DNA of 4,963 nucleotides from a virus (Duplodnaviria; Heunggongvirae; Uroviricota; Caudoviricetes): IMG/VR virus record IMGVR_UViG_2778261702_000019; one strand, 5' to 3'. Shown piece by piece: positions 1 to 4,963 of this stretch (position 1 is its first letter; each line of letters starts with the position of its first letter). The notes under the pieces were generated by a model. It saw only the letters and a program-made list of their open reading frames with translations, ran no database searches and was not told where the DNA came from. The position numbers and the translations under genes were made by a program.

Positions 1-40
1 TATTTTTTGATGTTTGACATCTGTTCATATCCTCACAGAT

Positions 41-66
41 AAAAAATCGCCCTCACATTGGAGGGC
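41..66 (-). terminator. Putative intrinsic terminator for leftward transcription
   Basis: Seen in sequence: 6-bp inverted repeat GCCCTC(49-54)/GAGGGC(61-66) with 6-nt loop; on the minus strand the hairpin is followed directly by T6 (the + strand A6 at 41-46). No equivalent U-run follows it on the + strand. Confidence 0.4.
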
Positions 67-280
67 AAAGAAGATTTCCAATAATCAGAACAAGTCGGCT
101 CCTGTTTAGTTACGAGCGACATTGCTCAGTGTATTCACTCGTTGGAATGAATACACAGTGCAGTGTTTATTAGTATGCCTGTCTTTTAACCACATCAGGC
201 TCGGTGGTTCTCGTGTACCCCTACAGCGAGAAATCGGATAAACTCTATTCACCCCTACAGAGAGCAAAAGAGAAACGCCG

Positions 281-862
281 ATGAACAACTCATGGTGGCA
301 GGAACTAATGCATTTTTTCCTGCAAGGAATGACACTTAAACAGTTGATTCATATGCTAATCATCCTGATTATATTGATTATTGTTATGCCTGTAAGCGTA
401 AAAGAATGGATAAACCTGCATAATCCAGAAATCCTTCCTCATTACTGGATGTATTACATCCTGTTGTTTTGCGTTAGCTATGTGCTTAACGGCGTTGTTA
501 ATTCCGCTTATCACGCTGTGACTGAAAGAATTGAGATATTCGCTGCTCAGAAGCGCAAATCTAAAGAAGAGAAATACGTGCAAGATTTGTTTGATTCGTT
601 AACTCTTGGAGAAAGAGCGTATTTGGCATTCGCTGTAGCCGCTAATAACCAGCTAAAGACAGAAAAGGGAAGCCCTGAAGCAATCTCATTGCTCGAAAAA
701 GGGCTTCTTATTCGGGTACCTTCTGCTACTGGATATCCTGAAATCGACCGTTTTGTTATCCCGGAACGCTATAGAAATGAGTGCTACATTAGGTTTGCTG
801 GGAAGAAAGACAGTCTTATGGATGAACTTATCGCTCAGGATAAGCATGGCAAAAACAAGTAA
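281..862 (+). CDS. sieB: Putative superinfection exclusion protein B-like inner-membrane protein (193 aa)
   Basis: ORF of 193 aa with two N-terminal hydrophobic segments (LIHMLIILIILIIVMPV; YWMYYILLFCVSYVLNGVV) and a charged soluble C-terminal half. Size, membrane character, and position/orientation (rightward, immediately distal to and convergent with N) match sieB of lambda/P22. Assignment is from recalled family features, not a search. Start codon uncertain: weak SD before the ATG at 281. Confidence 0.5.
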   Translation: MNNSWWQELMHFFLQGMTLKQLIHMLIILIILIIVMPVSVKEWINLHNPEILPHYWMYYILLFCVSYVLNGVVNSAYHAVTERIEIFAAQKRKSKEEKYVQDLFDSLTLGERAYLAFAVAANNQLKTEKGSPEAISLLEKGLLIRVPSATGYPEIDRFVIPERYRNECYIRFAGKKDSLMDELIAQDKHGKNK

Positions 863-878
863 TTAGCAAATTAATTTA

Positions 879-1151
879 TCATCTCGCCGTCAGTTGTTTT
901 GATTTCCGGTAGCCTGCCGCGTAAATGGCTACGTTTGGCAGGCAAATACTTCCACTGCATTCATCTGCCTTCTTGCAGCGAAGGCTTCCGAGTGATGCTG
1001 CTTTGTCTGCTCTGACGCAACCAGAGAGCTTTAGCGCAATTTTTCGCGCCAGTGCTTCATTACTGCGTCGCTCGGCAATAAGTTCTGCTCTGCGAGCTTT
1101 GTAGCGGCTTTTTGCCGTACCTTTGGATTCTTTCCAGACAATGGTTACCAT
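879..1151 (-). CDS. N: N-type transcription antitermination protein (phage 21-like arginine-rich motif)
   Basis: Translation begins MVTIVWKESKGTAKSRYKARRAELIAERR, which matches the arginine-rich boxB-binding motif of phage 21 N as I recall it (GTAKSRYKARRAELIAERR). Strong SD AAGGAG 6 nt upstream of the ATG at 1151. The ORF track's upstream ATG at 1181 has no SD, so the 1151 start is preferred. nutL lies upstream on the same strand. Confidence 0.8.
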   Translation of the reverse strand: MVTIVWKESKGTAKSRYKARRAELIAERRSNEALARKIALKLSGCVRADKAASLGSLRCKKADECSGSICLPNVAIYAAGYRKSKQLTAR

Positions 1152-1261
1152 GATGGTCTCCTTTAAGTGGCTTTGGCGCATGACGCGTCGAGGTGTTTAT
1201 CTTCTCGATCGCTGTCTTGCAGCTGCAATTCGCGCCATCCCCAAAACCACTCAAGTTCTGG

Positions 1262-1302
1262 TCTCAACGGTTAGGTTGAGAGTTCGTCGATGTTAAAGAG
1301 CC
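1262..1302 (-). promoter_or_regulatory. nutL: boxA plus boxB hairpin
   Basis: Read on the minus strand: boxA-like GCTCTTTAACA (+ coords 1291-1301, close to the boxA consensus CGCTCTTTAACA), then 10 nt, then a hairpin CTCAAC-CUAACC-GTTGAG (+ coords 1263-1280; 6-bp stem, 6-nt loop). The loop matches the loop of the nutR hairpin at 3629-3646. Confidence 0.6.
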
Positions 1303-1349
1303 TGCCAATCTGTTCCTTGTGGCGTCTCAGCGTCCTGCTGATGGAAATG

Positions 1350-1378
1350 ATAGTCACATATTGTGATTTAATGGTCAA
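1350..1378 (-). promoter_or_regulatory. Putative pL promoter
   Basis: On the minus strand: -35 TTGACC (+ coords 1373-1378), 17-nt spacer, -10 GACTAT (+ coords 1350-1355). It sits upstream of nutL and N and overlaps operator-like palindromes. Hexamer assignment is by eye. Confidence 0.4.
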
Positions 1379-1422
1379 TCACAAAATGTGTAAAATAAAG
1401 GTGTGACACGTTATGTGTATGA
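1353..1422. promoter_or_regulatory. oL-like operator cluster
   Basis: Perfect palindrome TCACAtatTGTGA (1354-1366), near-palindrome TCACAaaaTGTGT (about 1379-1391), and GTGTGACACG..ATGTGT (about 1401-1417). They share TCACA/TGTGA half-sites with the palindromes in the cI-cro intergenic region. Confidence 0.45.
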
Positions 1423-1630
1423 TTTTTTTGTGTAAATAGTTTTACCCGCGATGGTTTTGCTTACTTAAGTCGGTGGCAACAGCAGGATGGGTGCTGAAAA
1501 GTTCGAAAAACGAGCGAATGGGGTGGTGGCGAGATGGCGGGATATGGGAGTTGTATTAAGAATTATAGTAATTTAATCAATAGTTTGGACCGGCGGGCAG
1601 GTGCTGTCCTGATAGTGATCGGCGGGCAAT

Positions 1631-1654
1631 AAAAAACCCGGCTCGGTGGCCGGA
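1631..1654 (-). terminator. Intrinsic terminator after the two-gene cassette
   Basis: On the minus strand: stem GCCGG/CCGGC (5 bp, + coords 1638-1642 and 1649-1653; a sixth flanking pair is mismatched) with a 6-nt loop, followed by T6 (+ strand A6 at 1631-1636). It starts about 10 nt after the stop of the 183-aa ORF (stop at 1664-1666), analogous to the tIMM terminator after rexB in lambda. Confidence 0.55.
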
Positions 1655-1663
1655 TTTGCTAAA

Positions 1664-2215
1664 TTACTGACCTTTCTTAAGGTACAAGTTTATTAGGAAA
1701 AATATAGTTGGCATAGCAAGCGAGGCCAAGAGAACCCCGAGCATCCATACTTTTACATCTGCTATCTTGGTTTCCAAAGCGGAAAATTTAGCTTCAAAGT
1801 AGTCAACCGATGGTTTCTTAGATAATGAAGCATCAAAATCCAGGCTCTTCTGTAAAAGTACAGCGGTGTCTCTTTTGGCGTCAGTAGAATCAGAAGATAT
1901 TTTCCGGGTATCCTCTTTAATTCCTGCCATGCTGCTCTTGATGTGCGCAACTTCAGCTTCAAGAACTGCTAATCGCTTATCCATGTCGTCGCCTCCATCA
2001 TCACTTGTTGTTTGAATGATCTCAGTATCATCCATCACAACCGATGTGACAATCCGTTTTTCTTTATCTGAAGCAGCAACAGAACAAGCTTTCATCAAGA
2101 GCGTTGCTTGGCTTGATGCTACAGAAGAAAATTCCAGCCCTACTGTAGAGCCATTCTTATCAGAGTAAGCAATTACTAGCTTTCCCTCATCCAAAGATGA
2201 TTGAGCTGCATTCAT
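1664..2215 (-). CDS. Hypothetical protein, 183 aa: soluble N-terminal region, acidic linker, coiled-coil, single C-terminal TM helix
   Basis: ORF with SD GAGGA 7 nt upstream of the ATG; the upstream gene's TAA stop lies inside that SD region, indicating translational coupling. Hydrophobic segment VWMLGVLLASLAMPTIFFLINLY near the C-terminus followed by LKKGQ. Heptad-like region LAVLEAEVAHIKSSMAGIKEDTRK. No family recognised from memory. Confidence 0.75.
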   Translation of the reverse strand: MNAAQSSLDEGKLVIAYSDKNGSTVGLEFSSVASSQATLLMKACSVAASDKEKRIVTSVVMDDTEIIQTTSDDGGDDMDKRLAVLEAEVAHIKSSMAGIKEDTRKISSDSTDAKRDTAVLLQKSLDFDASLSKKPSVDYFEAKFSALETKIADVKVWMLGVLLASLAMPTIFFLINLYLKKGQ

Positions 2216-2221
2216 CAGCTT

Positions 2222-2503
2222 TTATTCCTCGAACATGCTTTTCAAGGACTGATAGAAATCGAAGGCCTTCTGTTTACTTAAAGTCACGGACGCAACCTTA
2301 GTGCGCTGCATTCCTGCCACTGCGATTTCGCCATTCATATGGCCGATGACAGGGGTGCTATTGAGAAAAACGAAGTTAAAAACTTCGTAGCCATTGTTAT
2401 CCGTTCCGATGGTTACAACCCCATCAGCATTAGTTTCAATATAATTTTTGGACTCCAGCACATCATTGATATGTGCTAAGGAAACTTCTTGTTTATCGCT
2501 CAT
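2222..2503 (-). CDS. Hypothetical protein, 93 aa, soluble; first gene of the two-gene cassette
   Basis: ORF with strong SD AGGAGA 8 nt upstream of the ATG at 2503. Its stop is 6 nt before the start of the downstream 183-aa ORF. No hydrophobic segments. No family recognised. Confidence 0.7.
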   Translation of the reverse strand: MSDKQEVSLAHINDVLESKNYIETNADGVVTIGTDNNGYEVFNFVFLNSTPVIGHMNGEIAVAGMQRTKVASVTLSKQKAFDFYQSLKSMFEE

Positions 2504-2625
2504 TTATGTTCTCCTGAACCAACAAAATAGGTAAAAATCTTTTCAATTTCATTAGATTAATTTGCATAAAAAGAACAGGGAAAAGTTGGATTACCAGCTA
2601 TGCGCCGACCAGAACACCTTGCCGA

Positions 2626-3273
2626 TCAGCCAAACGTCTCTTCAGGCCACTGCGCCTTAACTACCTTGCCTATGATGCGGCAGCTATGGTCGCAATCCAG
2701 GGTTCTATATGCCGGGTTTAAAGGTACCAGGTAACTAACCCCTGCATCCTTCTCATACTTCTTGAACGTTGCCTCTGAATCACCATTTGCAGAAGCCACG
2801 CAGAAATCCCCAGACTCTACCGGCTCAGCCGGATCAACGAGTATCAGCATGCCTTCCGGAAAACTTGGACGAACCCCCTGAGGCGCCGTCATTGAATGCC
2901 CCTTCACCTCAAGCCAGAAAGCTTTTTCGCTGGCTTTTGTGGTCGTTGGGACCCATGCCTTTGCATCGCTGGCTGTGTAGCTTCCCACCTCCGAAAATGG
3001 CCCGGCCTGCACTGAAGAAAATAACGGGTATTCATATTGGCGAAATACGGCGTCTGAATCCTCGCCAAACATTATTTTTGCCGGAGATACGCCGAGTGCC
3101 GCCCCAAGAACCAGCGCGTCATCCGCGCTAACCTTTCTTGTTCCTAACTCGTAGTTCCCCAGGCGTGAAGGCGCAGCCCAGCCGCAAAGCTTGGCCAATT
3201 GAGCCTGGCTAAGTCCTTTAGCTTCTCTAAGGGACTTGATCCTTTCCCCGATAATTTCATGCATCGTTTTCAT
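2626..3273 (-). CDS. cI: cI-type prophage repressor (HTH N-terminal domain plus LexA/S24-type autocleavage C-terminal domain)
   Basis: The C-terminal ~110 aa align closely with my recollection of the lambda cI C-terminal domain ([15 protein letters not shown]...[12 protein letters not shown]...GDFC...FKK...LNP...[11 protein letters not shown]), including the catalytic Ser (GHSM) and Lys (FKK) and a VQAG Ala-Gly cleavage site. The N-terminal domain is an XRE-type HTH ([12 protein letters not shown]). Start may be 3273 or the in-frame ATG at 3264. Confidence 0.9.
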   Translation of the reverse strand: MKTMHEIIGERIKSLREAKGLSQAQLAKLCGWAAPSRLGNYELGTRKVSADDALVLGAALGVSPAKIMFGEDSDAVFRQYEYPLFSSVQAGPFSEVGSYTASDAKAWVPTTTKASEKAFWLEVKGHSMTAPQGVRPSFPEGMLILVDPAEPVESGDFCVASANGDSEATFKKYEKDAGVSYLVPLNPAYRTLDCDHSCRIIGKVVKAQWPEETFG

Positions 3274-3283
3274 CCCTTAAATG

Positions 3284-3352
3284 TAACACGCAACGTGATT
3301 GAACTCTGTACACGAATTGAGGTTGACTGTTAATCACAAATTGTGTGTAATG
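3284..3352. promoter_or_regulatory. oR-like operator region with pR (and presumably a divergent pRM)
   Basis: pR candidate on the + strand: -35 TTGACT (3323-3328), 17-nt spacer, -10 TGTAAT (3346-3351), about 30 nt upstream of the cro ATG. Palindromic operator-like sites AACACGcaaCGTGATT (about 3288-3303) and CACAAaTTGTG (3335-3345) overlap the promoter. pRM was not positioned. Confidence 0.55.
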
Positions 3353-3381
3353 GGTGTGTGATTAATGCTAGGGAGACCGCA

Positions 3382-3600
3382 ATGAACAAAATTGCCCAGC
3401 AGCGAAAAAAAATCGGAGTTTCGCAAGCTGTACTAGCTTCGGCAATTGGTTGGGGGCAATCCCGCATCGCCAACTATGAGCTGAATATCCGTACTCCTGG
3501 CCTTAACGATTGCCGAATGATCGTAGAAGGCCTCAGGAAGTTAGGGTGCCAATGTTCTTTGGATGATGTTTTCCCTCCATCCAGTAACAAAGCCGCCTAA
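3382..3600 (+). CDS. cro: Cro-type HTH repressor (72 aa)
   Basis: ATG at 3382 preceded by SD GGGAGA with 5-nt spacing. HTH-like segment GVSQAVLASAIGWGQSRIANYE. Divergent from cI across an operator-bearing intergenic region. The ORF track's longer form starts at a GTG at 3343 that sits inside the pR -10 region, so it was not used. Confidence 0.8.
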   Translation: MNKIAQQRKKIGVSQAVLASAIGWGQSRIANYELNIRTPGLNDCRMIVEGLRKLGCQCSLDDVFPPSSNKAA

Positions 3601-3608
3601 GCAGTACC

Positions 3609-3646
3609 CGCTCTTTCATCATGGCCTTTCACCTCTAACCGGGTGA
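3609..3646 (+). promoter_or_regulatory. nutR: boxA plus boxB hairpin
   Basis: boxA-like CGCTCTTTCA (3609-3618), then hairpin TCACCU-CUAACC-GGGUGA (3629-3646; stem closed by a U-G pair). This agrees with what I recall of the phage 21 boxB RNA (a UCACCUCUAACCGGGUGA-like hairpin). It lies directly after the cro stop, as nutR does in lambda. Confidence 0.65.
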
Positions 3647-3714
3647 GCAAACATCAGCGGCAAATCCATTGGGTGTGCCGCTATAACTCAATATCAATAT
3701 AGGAAAATTAACAA

Positions 3715-4011
3715 ATGGCACAAGCAAGCTACAGCAAGCCAACACAGCGAGAAATTGATCGCGCTGAAACTGATTTACTCATCAACCTGTCAACGCTTAC
3801 CCAGCGCGGTCTGGCAAAGATGATTGGCTGTCATGAATCGAAGATAAGCAGAACGGACTGGCGGTTTATTGCTTCGGTCTTGTGTGCTTTCGGAATGGCA
3901 TCAGACATCAGTCCGATTAGCAGGGCTTTTAAGTATGCATTGGATGGAATCACAAAGAAAAAATCCCCGGTGGCCGCCGGGGACTCTAAGCAAATTGATA
4001 TGCAATTCTGA
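3715..4011 (+). CDS. cII: cII-like transcriptional activator (98 aa)
   Basis: Same length and position as lambda cII (between cro/nutR and O). HTH-like segment TQRGLAKMIGCHESKISR. The C-terminal tail KKKSPVAAGDSKQIDMQF resembles the lambda cII tail KKRPAATERSEQIQMEF as recalled. Confidence 0.7.
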   Translation: MAQASYSKPTQREIDRAETDLLINLSTLTQRGLAKMIGCHESKISRTDWRFIASVLCAFGMASDISPISRAFKYALDGITKKKSPVAAGDSKQIDMQF

Positions 4012-4043
4012 GGGAATTACTGGATCAATCCACAGGATTCATT

Positions 4044-4214
4044 ATGACAAATACAGCAAAAATACTCAACTTCGGCAGAGGTAACTTTGCCGAACAGGAG
4101 CGTAATGTGGCAGATCTCGATGATGGTTACGCCAGACTATCAAATATGCTGATTGAGGCTTATTCAGGCGCAGATCTGACCAAGCGACAGTTTAAAGTGC
4201 TGCTTGCCATTCTG
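4044..4214 (+). pseudogene. O: Replication initiator O, N-terminal fragment (about 57 codons) truncated by IS insertion
   Basis: MTNTAKILNFGRGNFAEQERNVADLDDGYARLSNMLIEAYSGADLTKRQFKVLLAIL is near-identical to the lambda O N-terminus as I recall it. Similarity stops at about 4214, where the IS terminal inverted repeat begins. The ORF-track reading frame to 4448 is read-through into IS sequence. SD AGGA sits 6 nt before the ATG. Confidence 0.8.
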
Positions 4215-4237
4215 AACCGCCCCGGGTTTCCTGGAGA
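4213..4237. repeat. IS terminal inverted repeat (IRR), about 25 bp
   Basis: TGAACCGCCCCGGGTTTCCTGGAGA at the junction with phage O sequence. The matching IRL would lie outside the window. Confidence 0.7.
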
Positions 4238-4254
4238 GTGTTTTATCTGTGAAC

Positions 4255-4963
<709 letters not shown>

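Noticed and set aside
14-44. Possible sigma70 promoter on the + strand (TTGACA at 14-19 with an A-rich -10-like stretch near 38-44)
   Set aside because: The -10 match is poor and spacing ambiguous. It lies at the window edge with no context, and the adjacent hairpin is better read as a minus-strand terminator.
106-288. 60-aa minus-strand ORF upstream of the sieB-like gene
   Set aside because: Short, no SD, and lies in a region better explained as promoter/repeat and terminator sequence. Likely spurious.
356-583. 75-aa minus-strand ORF
   Set aside because: Entirely antisense within the better-supported SieB-like ORF; low-complexity translation.
879-1181. Longer N start at 1181 (MRQSHLKETIM...)
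   Set aside because: No Shine-Dalgarno before that ATG, whereas the ATG at 1151 has AAGGAG at ideal spacing. The longer form cannot be fully excluded.
1060-1254. 64-aa minus-strand ORF
   Set aside because: Out-of-frame overlap with N and with the nutL leader; no SD.
199-1649. Identical 10-mer GGCTCGGTGG at 199-208 and 1640-1649
   Set aside because: One short shared word, with one copy inside a terminator hairpin loop. Plausibly chance, with no other supporting structure.
1762-1962. 66-aa minus-strand ORF
   Set aside because: Alternative frame inside the 183-aa cassette ORF, which has the SD and translational coupling.
2769-3131. 120-aa plus-strand proline-rich ORF
   Set aside because: Antisense to the strongly supported cI gene; composition is typical of an antisense-frame artefact.
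3343-3381. N-terminal extension of cro from a GTG at 3343
   Set aside because: That start overlaps the pR -10 hexamer and has no SD. The ATG at 3382 with a GGGAGA SD is preferred.
3869-4084. 71-aa plus-strand ORF
   Set aside because: Out-of-frame overlap with the cII 3' end and O 5' end; no independent support.

Overview
This window reads as the immunity/early-regulatory region of a lambdoid prophage, probably enterobacterial and probably cryptic. All calls are from reading the sequence and recalled protein families; no searches were run. Left to right: a SieB-like membrane protein gene (+), converging on an N antiterminator with a phage-21-type arginine-rich motif (-), with nutL and a pL/oL-like region upstream of N. 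Then comes a translationally coupled two-gene cassette of unknown function (-, 1664..2503) in the slot where lambda carries rexAB, followed by an intrinsic terminator. Next are a cI-type repressor with a lambda-like autocleavage domain (-), an oR/pR region, cro (+), nutR, a cII-like gene (+), and the start of a lambda-type O replication gene (+). O is cut at about codon 57 by an IS3-family element (IS629/IS1203/IS3411-like) that runs off the window end. The main candidate for an undescribed system is the two-gene cassette: a 93-aa soluble protein plus a 183-aa protein with a coiled-coil and a single C-terminal transmembrane helix, placed where lysogen-expressed exclusion/abortive-infection genes usually sit.
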